From NCBI GenBank assembly GCA_963797055.1, contig CAWCOD010000011.1, positions 37,538-101,537 of the forward strand: a stretch of DNA of 64,000 bases. The letters are read 5' to 3'. Within the stretch, counting starts at the first letter, position 1. Every line of letters starts with the position of its first letter. This DNA is from an uncultured Holophagae bacterium. Its GTDB lineage: Bacteria > Acidobacteriota > Thermoanaerobaculia > Thermoanaerobaculales > Sulfomarinibacteraceae. The notes below the pieces were generated by a model. The model was not told the DNA's origin and searched no databases. It was given only the letters and a program-made list of their open reading frames with translations. Both the position numbers and the translations under genes were made by a program. This document shows, piece by piece, positions 30,767 to 39,819 of this stretch.

Positions 30767-31396
30767 ATGGCAACAATCAGCACACCGACCAGTTGGGACT
30801 TCGAATCAGGGTGCCTCCCATACCGCGATCAGCTCTACAAGACAGCTCTCCGCATGACGCGGTCAACGGAAGAGACCGAGGATCTGTTGCAGGAAACCTA
30901 TCTCAAGGCATTTCAGCACTACCAGCGATTCGAGGAGGGCACCAACCTCAAGGCGTGGCTCTTCCGCATCATGAAGAACACGTACATCAACTGGTACCGG
31001 AAGCGCCGGACCCGGCCGCATCACTTCGAGTTCGACGAGCTTCAGGACGGTTTCGAAACGGCGCTGGCCGAATCCGGTCGCTACGCCGAAGAAAATCCGG
31101 AAGAAACCTTGATGTCCGAGGAGGTTGACGTTGAGGTACGCGACGCCCTGGTCGGCCTTCCCCACGACTACAAGATGGCGGTTCTGATGATCGACCTGCA
31201 GGGTCTTTCGTATCAGGAGACCGCCGATCTTCTCGGCGTACCTGTGGGCACCGTCATGTCGCGGCTGTACCGCGGCCGCTCAAAACTGGAACGATCATTG
31301 CTCAGCTTCGGCAGCCGCAACAACTACCTCAGCAGGCCTCCGAAGCGTCTTCGTGACGGTTCCATCGACTCCTCGGAGTTTTTCGCCCGGCAGTAA
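30767..31396 (+). CDS. ECF sigma-70 factor (SigR/SigH-like)
   Basis: EDLLQETYLKA, GTNLKAWLFRI, GTVMSRLYRGR. AAGGAG RBS. Confidence 0.93.
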   Translation: MATISTPTSWDFESGCLPYRDQLYKTALRMTRSTEETEDLLQETYLKAFQHYQRFEEGTNLKAWLFRIMKNTYINWYRKRRTRPHHFEFDELQDGFETALAESGRYAEENPEETLMSEEVDVEVRDALVGLPHDYKMAVLMIDLQGLSYQETADLLGVPVGTVMSRLYRGRSKLERSLLSFGSRNNYLSRPPKRLRDGSIDSSEFFARQ

Positions 31397-31448
31397 GGTC
31401 TGGATTTTGGCACCGGCGGCAGTGCTAGAGTGCGGCCGGAGGCTTGAG

Positions 31449-32162
31449 ATGCCATTGGTAGCCATCGCATCCGATCTCCGGTCGACGATTCGAACACTCG
31501 ATTTCGCGGCTCCTGTGGCCCACGTCTATCGACCGCTGGACTATGCCTGGGAAGCCCACAAGAGGTATCTCGAAACCTACGGTTCGACCCCGAAGGAGAT
31601 TGTCCTCCTTGGCATGAATCCCGGCCCATGGGGGATGGCCCAGACCGGCGTCCCCTTTGGCGAGGTGGCGGCGGTCCGGGACTGGCTCGGCATCAGCGCC
31701 CCGGTGGAACGGCCCGAAACCGAACACCCCAAACGGCCCGTTGAGGGCTTCGGGTGCAAGCGATCCGAGGTCAGCGGACGGCGCGTCTGGAGCTGGGCAC
31801 GGGACGTCTTCGGGACACCGGCGCGATTCTTCGACCGCTTCTTCGTCGTCAACTATTGCCCTTTGCTCTTTCTCGAATCCAGCGGCAGGAACCGCACCCC
31901 GGACCGGCTTCCAATATCCGAACGTCGGGCCCTCGAGAAGGTCTGTGATCTGGCCCTCAAACGGACCATCGAGACCCTTCGCCCCGCGCGGGTCATCGGG
32001 TTGGGGAACTTCGCCGAGCGCTGTGCCAAAAGGGTCTTGTCGGACTCCGCGGTCAGGGTCCACAGGGTGCTCCACCCAAGTCCGGCAAGCCCCGCCGCGA
32101 ATCGTGGCTGGGCACTCCAGGTCACAAAACAGCTGGACGAGATGGGAGTGATCGTGCCATGA
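31449..32162 (+). CDS. SMUG1-type uracil-DNA glycosylase
   Basis: GMNPGPWGMAQTGVPFG, SEVSG, NYCPL, HPSPASP. Confidence 0.93.
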   Translation: MPLVAIASDLRSTIRTLDFAAPVAHVYRPLDYAWEAHKRYLETYGSTPKEIVLLGMNPGPWGMAQTGVPFGEVAAVRDWLGISAPVERPETEHPKRPVEGFGCKRSEVSGRRVWSWARDVFGTPARFFDRFFVVNYCPLLFLESSGRNRTPDRLPISERRALEKVCDLALKRTIETLRPARVIGLGNFAERCAKRVLSDSAVRVHRVLHPSPASPAANRGWALQVTKQLDEMGVIVP

Positions 32163-32218
32163 CGGTCAATGATGCGAAAAGAGGTGAGACCGCAGCTGGT
32201 TTCTGCCATACTCTCCCC

Positions 32219-32617
32219 ATGCACTGGACCTATTCGTGCCCCCACTGCCAGGCCATGCTCAACCCGGACGAAACCGTCATTCTGCTGGCGAAACAGCAGG
32301 ACCGGGACATTCTCGTCGGTTTACACCCGCAACCGGGTAACTACGAGGTCTACCTGCCGCCGGATGTGAAAATTGCAGCTGGAACGCGGTGGAGCTTCAG
32401 CTGTCCGGTCTGCCGCCAAGAGCTCACCACCGAACTCTCCGAGGATCTCTGCGCGCTCGACATGCACACCGGCGGCGACGCCCACCGTATGTACTTCTCG
32501 AGAGTTGCCGGAAAAAAGGCGACCTTCATGGTCACAGCAGAAGGGCTGCTGAGTGACTTTGGAGTCCACGCCGACCAATACCTCGAACATATGGTGCACC
32601 TGAAGTACATGCGCTGA
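32219..32617 (+). CDS. Small hypothetical protein with two CxxC motifs
   Basis: CPHC..LHPQPGNY..CPVC. Confidence 0.75.
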   Translation: MHWTYSCPHCQAMLNPDETVILLAKQQDRDILVGLHPQPGNYEVYLPPDVKIAAGTRWSFSCPVCRQELTTELSEDLCALDMHTGGDAHRMYFSRVAGKKATFMVTAEGLLSDFGVHADQYLEHMVHLKYMR

Positions 32618-32675
32618 GGCGCCGTATCGCTCCCAAGGTGCACAGCCTCACAGCGGATCGGAGTCCAGCGGAACC

Positions 32676-33734
32676 ATGAGTCGCGTCGCGGTGCTCACGT
32701 CAGGAGGGGTCGACAGCTCGGTAGCCCTCCACCGGCTGGCCGAAGAGGGCCTCCATCAGCTCGAGGCCTTCTACCTCAAAATCTGGCTCGAGGACGAAAT
32801 GGCCTTCCTCGGTCGCTGCCCATGGGAGGAAGATCTCGCCCATGTGAGGGCGGTCTGCGACGCCGTGGGAGTGCCGCTTCATGTGATCCCCCTCCAGCGT
32901 GAGTACTTCGCCACCGTTGTGGACTACGCCATTGACGAGCTTCGAGCGGGACGGACCCCCAGTCCGGACGTCCTGTGCAATCGGACCATCAAGTTCGGCG
33001 CGTTCGCCGATCGCGTCGCTCAGACCTCCGACCTCGTGGCATCCGGCCACTACGCGCGGGTGCGGTATGAAGACGACGTGGCTCATCTCATGCGCGGCGT
33101 CGACCCGGTGAAGGACCAGACCTACTTCCTGTGCCGCATGAGTCAACGGCAGGTGGCCCGCAGCCTCTTTCCCATCGGCGAGCTCACAAAACGCCAGGTC
33201 CGAGCCGAGGCCCATAGGTACGGTCTCCCAAACAAGGACCGTCCCGACAGCCAGGGCATCTGTTTTCTGGGTCGCATCCCCTACGACGACTTCGTCGCCT
33301 TCCACCTTGGAGAGCAAGAGGGTGAGATTCGCGAGCTCGGCCACGATCGGATCCTCGGCACCCACCGAGGCTACTGGTTCCACACCATCGGCCAGCGGCG
33401 GGGTCTGGGATTGTCCGGAGGACCCTGGTACGTCGTCAAAAAGAACCCCGACCAGAATATGGTCTTCGTGGTCCACGGCTCGGCGCTCTCCAACCATCAT
33501 CGCGCCCAATTCACGGTGGGTGACCCGAACTGGATCACCGAACCACCCTCCCGCCACACCTTGGGCGTCCGGATTCGACACGGGGAACGGATAAAAAAAT
33601 GCACCGTGGAGGTCGATGCCACCGGTGCCATGACCGTGACGCTGACCGAGCCCGACCCGGGCATCGCAGCCGGCCAGTTTGCCGTGATCTACGATGGTGA
33701 GGAGTGTCTTGGAGGCGGCGCTATAGACCGGTGA
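32676..33734 (+). CDS. mnmA: tRNA 2-thiouridylase
   Basis: SGGVDS, TPSPDVLCN, SGHYA, KDQTYFL, DSQGICFLG, TIGQRRGL, GQ. Confidence 0.96.
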   Translation: MSRVAVLTSGGVDSSVALHRLAEEGLHQLEAFYLKIWLEDEMAFLGRCPWEEDLAHVRAVCDAVGVPLHVIPLQREYFATVVDYAIDELRAGRTPSPDVLCNRTIKFGAFADRVAQTSDLVASGHYARVRYEDDVAHLMRGVDPVKDQTYFLCRMSQRQVARSLFPIGELTKRQVRAEAHRYGLPNKDRPDSQGICFLGRIPYDDFVAFHLGEQEGEIRELGHDRILGTHRGYWFHTIGQRRGLGLSGGPWYVVKKNPDQNMVFVVHGSALSNHHRAQFTVGDPNWITEPPSRHTLGVRIRHGERIKKCTVEVDATGAMTVTLTEPDPGIAAGQFAVIYDGEECLGGGAIDR

Positions 33735-33842
33735 AGGAGAAGTCGTTCTTCATCTCACCGTGTCACCTTTCTTCATGTCGGCACCTGGCACCGGCCAAGA
33801 CCTCAGGACATCTTTACTGTGGGTTCGGGCCCGAAGGGGAAT

Positions 33843-34199
33843 TTAAACCGGAAGATCGAAGTACCGGAAGAGCCCGCGGCAGGGTTCGCATCGGCGGGCG
33901 TGATCGCGCCACGAACGTACATAGAGGGAGTCCCGCGACGACACTGCGAGCATCACCGGGTTGACGTGGGCACTGGTGTCGCGCAGGGAGAATTCCCGCC
34001 GGTAGCGGAAGGAGAAGGTGGGATCACGCATTTGCGTCACGAGCGTGTCCAGCGAAACACGCTGATCATCTTCGGCGGGGCCTGCGGAATCCGGCATATC
34101 AACGTTGAGTCGCCCCCGGCGAATCTCCTCGAGGCGTCGACGCCGGGGACGATGACCTCCATTCCAGTATAGATCCGCTTCCCGCCGCAAAAATGGCAC
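33843..34199 (-). CDS. Small hypothetical protein with C-terminal HxxxCxxC motif
   Basis: 118-aa ORF ending WRDHARRCEPCRGLFRYF. Weak RBS. Confidence 0.55.
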   Translation of the reverse strand: MPFLRREADLYWNGGHRPRRRRLEEIRRGRLNVDMPDSAGPAEDDQRVSLDTLVTQMRDPTFSFRYRREFSLRDTSAHVNPVMLAVSSRDSLYVRSWRDHARRCEPCRGLFRYFDLPV

Positions 34200-34335
34200 T
34201 CCCGCTGGGAACCAGGGCGAATGTGACCGAGGTCAAGTGGCCAGGTGGACTCGACACGGGAATCTTGAGGTTTTGAGTCCCTGGGGTCCAGGTCCCAAGA
34301 ACTCAGGACCTTTGGATGGGTGGCCTGAGCGGTCG

Positions 34336-35721
34336 CTATTTCCGGGAAGCGTCGTCGTCGGCGAGACCGAGCCGGTGAATCATCTCGTTGAGGGTGGTGG
34401 GACTGAGCTGGAGCAGCTTCGCCGCCCGCCGTTGAACCCCCTGGGACTGCGCCAGGGCCTCACGAATGAGACGACCCTGGTAGTCGGCCACGGCCTCACG
34501 GAAGTCCACTCCCTCCGCCGGGATTTCATCCATGGGCAACTCGAGACGCCCCCCGCCACGCATCGCTTGAGGCAATTCGTCGAGATCGATCGTGCTGTCG
34601 AGACAGAGCACCACGGCTCGTTCGACGGCGTTCTCCAGCTCCCGGACATTACCGGGCCACCTGTATTCGGCGAGTGCGTCCATAGCCTGGGGGGTGAATC
34701 CCTCCACATCACGATCGTTCTCCACAGCGTACATCTTGAGGAAGTGGGCCGCCAGCAGCGGGATATCCTCCCTGCGGTCCCGCAGCGGCGGCATCTCGAT
34801 GCCGATGACGTTGAGGCGGTAATACAGGTCCTCGCGGAATCGACCTTCCTCCACCTCGCGCCAGAGATCCACGTTGGTGGCAGCCACGAGCCGCACATCC
34901 ACCGACATGGAGTCCACCCCACCAACCCGACGGATCTCGCGCTCCTGGATGACCCGCAGCAGCTTGGTCTGGGTCTCCAGTGAGACAGTCCCCACTTCAT
35001 CGAGGAAGAGCGTGCCCCCGTGCGCCGCCTCGAACAGACCCTTGCGGCTCGATACGGCACCGGTGAACGCGCCCTTGACATGGCCGAATAGGGTGGACTC
35101 GAGCAGCTCGGACGGAATGGCGCTGGTATGCACCGGAACGAAGGGGCCATCGTGCCGAGAGCTCAGGCGGTGGACCGCTCGCGCCACGAGTTCCTTGCCG
35201 GTTCCCGACTCACCCGAGATCAGGATGTTGGTTCGCGCCGGCGCCGCCCGCCGAATCAGTTCGAAGGTTTCCTGGATCCGTCGACCCGTGCCGACAATCT
35301 CCCCCATCCCATCGAGCCGGCTTCGCAGCAACAGGTTTTCCACCTGCAAGTGACGTCGCTCCGCAGCTCGCCGCACAAGATGGAGGACCTCTTCGTTCTT
35401 GAAGGGCTTGGGGACATAGTGGAAAGCCCCCTGGCGCATTGCCTCGATGGCCGATTCCACCGACGAGTATGCTGTGATCACAACCACGGGGAGATGGGGA
35501 TCGTGGGCCCTGATCTCGGGCAAGATTTCGAGGCCCGAACGATCCGGCAACATCAGATCGAGCAGCACCACGTCGACCTCTTCGTCGCGGAGGACACGCA
35601 GGCCCTCCTCGGCGGTCATTGCGGGGTGGTAGTCAAAGCCATTATTGACCAGCAGGGTTCCGAGCACGTCCTGCAGGACGGGCTCGTCGTCGATTACGAG
35701 AACGCTACCGGCTCCGGGCAT
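34336..35721 (-). CDS. Sigma-54-dependent response regulator (NtrC family)
   Basis: Receiver domain, GESGTGKE, GAFTGA, WPGNVRELEN, Fis-type HTH. Confidence 0.96.
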   Translation of the reverse strand: MPGAGSVLVIDDEPVLQDVLGTLLVNNGFDYHPAMTAEEGLRVLRDEEVDVVLLDLMLPDRSGLEILPEIRAHDPHLPVVVITAYSSVESAIEAMRQGAFHYVPKPFKNEEVLHLVRRAAERRHLQVENLLLRSRLDGMGEIVGTGRRIQETFELIRRAAPARTNILISGESGTGKELVARAVHRLSSRHDGPFVPVHTSAIPSELLESTLFGHVKGAFTGAVSSRKGLFEAAHGGTLFLDEVGTVSLETQTKLLRVIQEREIRRVGGVDSMSVDVRLVAATNVDLWREVEEGRFREDLYYRLNVIGIEMPPLRDRREDIPLLAAHFLKMYAVENDRDVEGFTPQAMDALAEYRWPGNVRELENAVERAVVLCLDSTIDLDELPQAMRGGGRLELPMDEIPAEGVDFREAVADYQGRLIREALAQSQGVQRRAAKLLQLSPTTLNEMIHRLGLADDDASRK

Positions 35722-38369
35722 TGTTGCAGTCTTATAATGGCACACGTCCCTCCTTCGGGAGAGTTCGTGAGCGTGACCTCGCCTCCAAGCTGATCGATCA
35801 TATCACGTGTGATGGCCAGACCGAGACCGGTTCCACCGCGCTCGGTCTTGGTTGAAAAGAAGGGCTCGAAGACCTTTTCGATGATGTCCTCAGGTACCCC
35901 CGGCCCACGATCGACCACCCGGATCTCGGCCGACTCACCGCGCCCATCCACCTCGACGGTGACCCGTGAATCGCCGTCCGACGCCTCCACGGCATTGCGC
36001 ACCAGATTGCTCACCGCGAGTTCGATAGGACCCGGCGCACCCCACACGAAGATCGGTTCCACGAAACCCCGGAGTTCCAGCCGGTCGTTCGCGCCCAGCG
36101 ACCGCGCCGCATCCTGGGCGGCGCGCGCCACAACCGAGCCCAGCTCCATCGGTGAACGGCCCTCCCGGCTGCCACGGACCGCCTCGCGCAGGTTTGACAC
36201 GATCCGCGACACCCTGAAGCTCTGGTCCACCAGCTTGCCCACCAGCGAGGACCGTGGATCGTTGGAGGGAGTCATCTCACCCAGCATCTGGGCAAACGAA
36301 GCGATCCCCGTCAACGGAGTATTGATCTCGTGGGCCAGCCCCGAGGCGAGGCGGCCGAGCGCGGCCAGACGATCCTGCTCCCGGAGCCTATCCTGAAGAG
36401 CCCGCAGCTCGGTGACATCCTGGAGGACGACCACCCGACCGTTGAAACTGCCGGTGTCGAGTTCAAGCACCGACACCGCCATCACAACCCTGCGCGGCGG
36501 ATCGGATTTCGTTGTGCCCTCTGCGTTCGCCGCGTGCAGCGGCAGGCTGTCCTGCCACCCTTCGGGCAGGTGGACAAGCTCGCTCAGCCCCTGGCCGACG
36601 AGCTCGGCAGCCTCGTGGTCGAAAATTCCCGCCGCTTCGGAGTTGGCGGACAGGATCCTGCCGCCCGCATCACAGACCAGAATCGCCGCCGCCGAGCTTT
36701 CAATGATCCGCTGTGTGTTGGCGTGGAGGATCCGGTACTCCTCCGCCTGATGGCGGAGGTCGTCCAGGTATCGGGCACTTTCGAGGGCCAGCGCGGCCTG
36801 GGAGGTGAATGCAGCCACCACCTCCTGACCCTCGGTCCCGAGGGGGAAAATGCCCCGTCGCAACCCGAGATAGAGCAGTCCATGGATCGTGCCGACGCGT
36901 TCCAGCGGGATGCGCACCGTATAGCCCTCGGTCTCGAGCGAGACCTCGCTCTGGTCGGGGTACTCGTGGTCCACCACCGGAAATGGCAACCGCTCCGGCA
37001 GACCGTCGCCGGCGCCGGTGATGCGAGTGAAGCTCCCGTCGCCGCTGCGCAGGTAGCTCGCCACCAGTTCCATCTCGAGACCGTCGGTCAACGTCTGCGA
37101 CAGCTGGGTCAGCAGCTCACGGGGATCGGTAATGCGCGCCAGATCGCGCAGCGAGTGGGTGAGCAGGGCCCGCGGAGCAGGGCGGCCGTGGTGGAGCCAC
37201 TGGTCCAGAAACCGTTCCACCCGGAGCCGGATCGGTTGCAAGAGAACCACGAGCAGCACACCGGTGGCAAAGGCGAACAGGTTGCGCAGGGAGCCGAAGT
37301 CCCCGGCGTACCGCTGCAGCGTATGGTCGGTCAGGCTGAAGATCAGGCCGCCCACCACCAGAACCAGGGTCGCTGACAGGGTATCGCGGGTGATCGGTTC
37401 CAGATCCCAAAGCCGGTAGTCGGTGAGAGCGGCCAGAATGCCCAGCGGGGCCGCAGCGATGGGAAAGACCGCGAGCCACGAGAACGGCTCGTAACCGATA
37501 CCGAGCCAGCCCGCCAAAAGCACCAGGCAGGTGTATGGGGCCAATCCCACGATCAACCCCAAGGCCAGCCACTCGATCTGACGGCGCAAACGGGCGACCC
37601 GTGCCGCCGCTGTCCACCGTCGGACCTGGAGTGCTGTTCCGTACAGCAGGGCCGCACCGAACATCACCCTGAGGACGTAGGTCGCGACCTGCCACCAGCC
37701 CTCGAGATTCGGGGTCAGGGCGGTACTGGCCGCGGTCAGCACAGCCACCACCGTCAACACGTCCCAGCCCAACATGGACCGCCGACGCTCGGGAAAAATG
37801 GAGAAGAACCGCACGATGAGGAATGGAAGAGCGGTGCTCGCCGCCCGGTGGATCACCTGCAGGATCTGCTGGCCTGCCGCCGTGCGGACCGGGATGCTCC
37901 CGACCAGCACAGCCGAGACGGCCAACAGGAGAAAGGTCGCCGACTCTCTGCGACGGGTGAAGAAAACCGCCCACAGCGCACAGCCGAGACCAAAGAGTCC
38001 AACCACCGAACGGGCCAGGTACAGGCTGTCGATGGTGGGCGGCGGCGGGTGGAAGACAACCACACGTTCCGCACCCTTCGGTGATCGCACGGTGATCCTG
38101 TGTTCCTCACCCACCGACAGCGAGAAGAGGGGATCTTCGAGTCGGTTGACGGCGGTTCCGTCCACCGCGACGACGAGATCGCCATCCGCCAGACCCGCCT
38201 CCTGCGCCGAGGAGCCCGCGGGAATCGAGGTGACCCGAACACCCTCTTCGATCCAGGCAGCCGGGAAATCGAGGCGGTAGAACGACCGCACCGTTCGGAT
38301 CAGAGACGTGCCCGCCACCGCCACCGTGGCGATGAAAACGAGCAGCAGCAGCAGGCGACGGGTGAACAC
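35694..38369 (-). CDS. Membrane sensor histidine kinase (PDZ, TMs, GAF-like, PAS, HisKA, HATPase)
   Basis: AGLADGDLVVAVDG PDZ, AHEINTPL, NLVRNA, DRGPG, FEPFFSTK, GTGLGL. Confidence 0.94.
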   Translation of the reverse strand: MFTRRLLLLLVFIATVAVAGTSLIRTVRSFYRLDFPAAWIEEGVRVTSIPAGSSAQEAGLADGDLVVAVDGTAVNRLEDPLFSLSVGEEHRITVRSPKGAERVVVFHPPPPTIDSLYLARSVVGLFGLGCALWAVFFTRRRESATFLLLAVSAVLVGSIPVRTAAGQQILQVIHRAASTALPFLIVRFFSIFPERRRSMLGWDVLTVVAVLTAASTALTPNLEGWWQVATYVLRVMFGAALLYGTALQVRRWTAAARVARLRRQIEWLALGLIVGLAPYTCLVLLAGWLGIGYEPFSWLAVFPIAAAPLGILAALTDYRLWDLEPITRDTLSATLVLVVGGLIFSLTDHTLQRYAGDFGSLRNLFAFATGVLLVVLLQPIRLRVERFLDQWLHHGRPAPRALLTHSLRDLARITDPRELLTQLSQTLTDGLEMELVASYLRSGDGSFTRITGAGDGLPERLPFPVVDHEYPDQSEVSLETEGYTVRIPLERVGTIHGLLYLGLRRGIFPLGTEGQEVVAAFTSQAALALESARYLDDLRHQAEEYRILHANTQRIIESSAAAILVCDAGGRILSANSEAAGIFDHEAAELVGQGLSELVHLPEGWQDSLPLHAANAEGTTKSDPPRRVVMAVSVLELDTGSFNGRVVVLQDVTELRALQDRLREQDRLAALGRLASGLAHEINTPLTGIASFAQMLGEMTPSNDPRSSLVGKLVDQSFRVSRIVSNLREAVRGSREGRSPMELGSVVARAAQDAARSLGANDRLELRGFVEPIFVWGAPGPIELAVSNLVRNAVEASDGDSRVTVEVDGRGESAEIRVVDRGPGVPEDIIEKVFEPFFSTKTERGGTGLGLAITRDMIDQLGGEVTLTNSPEGGTCAIIRLQQCPEPVAFS

Positions 38370-38384
38370 CTCTTGAGTATAGGT

Positions 38385-38725
38385 AAGTCAGGGAGCAGGG
38401 AGTAGGGGGCAGTCGGCAGGCCCTCCATCCGCCCTCGCTATGGGGCGATGAGGCGATGAGGCTATGGGGCCATAAGATCCCGAGCCCGAGCCCGTTTCCG
38501 TTGCCGACTGCAGACCGAAGAACAAAAGCCCGCTTCCGCCCCGCAAGCCCACAGATCACACAGATGACGGGCTGAAAGGCTCGGGCCGCCCTGGCCAATT
38601 CATCGCGCCCTCCCGTCCTTCCCCCCTTCCCCACTTCTCACCCAGCCACTGGGCCGTGACGTGATTCCAGCCGATTCAGGTGAGTGGGAATTTTTGAATT
38701 CCGAATTCCGCATTTCGAATTGGGC
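38385..38725. repeat. Mosaic of short tandem tracts with 7-, 8-, 6- and 9-nt periods
   Basis: GGGAGCA/GGGAGTA, GGCGATGA/GGCTATGG, CCCGAG/TCCGTT, CACAGATCA and GAATTCC tracts in succession. Confidence 0.7.
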
Positions 38726-38739
38726 CAAGGGGCCGCGCC

Positions 38740-39744
38740 TCACTCGTCTTCGATCAAGACCTCCTCGCGGAGCATGGCACGCACCGTCAGCGCTACCCGA
38801 CCCCGGCTGTAGGGCAGGCGATCGGCCAGGGTTTCCCAACCCGTGTGTTCCACGGTCAATTCGTGACGGATCTGGTCCACAAGATCGAGATCGACGCCGA
38901 TGTCGGGCGATGGCGGCGCGCCCGTAGGACGAAGCCGCTTCCCAGCGGAAACGGTGGATTCGAATCGGTCCAACTCGTCCTGCATCCGGGCGGCCTCGAT
39001 GAGCAACGGCTGGAGGACCAGAGAGTCGGAGAGAGACGGCGGACGGCGAATTGTCCTGAAACTGAAGGTACCGTGTTCGGGCGGGTTCATGAGGATTTCG
39101 AACAGGGCCTCGGAACCTTCCAGTGCGCCACGGCTGATCGGGCCGACCCGGCGGTCGTGGGTGTGAACGGTACCAAAGGGACGACCCCGACCATCCAGCA
39201 CCTCGAGGACTCCATCGGAGTCAGAACTGACCACCGTCTGGAGGATGGTCGGCAGGTCGAAGTGGTCGATGCGACCGCCCAACTTTGTCTCCTGATGCCC
39301 GCCGAGGTTGGCGAAGGTCCCCTCCAAGCGCCGGGCCAGATTCTGGAGGTAATGCATGGACAGATCGCGGGATTCGAAGAGCCGCCTCAGGATCAGAGGC
39401 CGGGGCCACTGAAGGGTCGCCCCCCCCTCGGGGAAGCGTGCCAGCGAACTGAATGGCGTCCCGGTGATGACCTTGCTTTCCGCGAGGGTGGCACCCGGTC
39501 CCCGGTAGGCCACCGGTTCCATATCACCTCCGGAACCTCCTTGTCGGCTGATCTCCACCACCCCTTCAACCACCAGATAGAGCGCGGTGGGAAGTTGGCG
39601 CGGCCGGAAGAGAATCTCCCCGTCACGGTGGCGGAAGATCTGCGCGATTTCAGCCAAGGCCACCCGCTCTTCGTAGGCGACGGCGTGGAAAAAGCCACTC
39701 TCGGTGACGAACTTGACGAGATCAGGTTGACGCATCTTCAGCAT
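38740..39744 (-). CDS. Cyclic-nucleotide-binding domain + DUF4388-like domain protein
   Basis: GEILFR..LYLVVEGVVEI..GPGATLAE cNMP fold, LGGRIDHFDLPTILQTV..GVLEV, and a C-terminal wHTH-like segment. Confidence 0.82.
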   Translation of the reverse strand: MLKMRQPDLVKFVTESGFFHAVAYEERVALAEIAQIFRHRDGEILFRPRQLPTALYLVVEGVVEISRQGGSGGDMEPVAYRGPGATLAESKVITGTPFSSLARFPEGGATLQWPRPLILRRLFESRDLSMHYLQNLARRLEGTFANLGGHQETKLGGRIDHFDLPTILQTVVSSDSDGVLEVLDGRGRPFGTVHTHDRRVGPISRGALEGSEALFEILMNPPEHGTFSFRTIRRPPSLSDSLVLQPLLIEAARMQDELDRFESTVSAGKRLRPTGAPPSPDIGVDLDLVDQIRHELTVEHTGWETLADRLPYSRGRVALTVRAMLREEVLIEDE

Positions 39745-39819
39745 CTATCTTACCCAAATCGGGCTTTTCAAGGTGAATATCCGGGCGTCCCGTCACTGCC
39801 CGCGGATACAATAGAGCCC

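Noticed and set aside
38845-39819. N-terminal 325 aa of the 1106-aa ORF
   Set aside because: Antisense shadow of the cNMP-domain gene. The likely start is ATG 39820.
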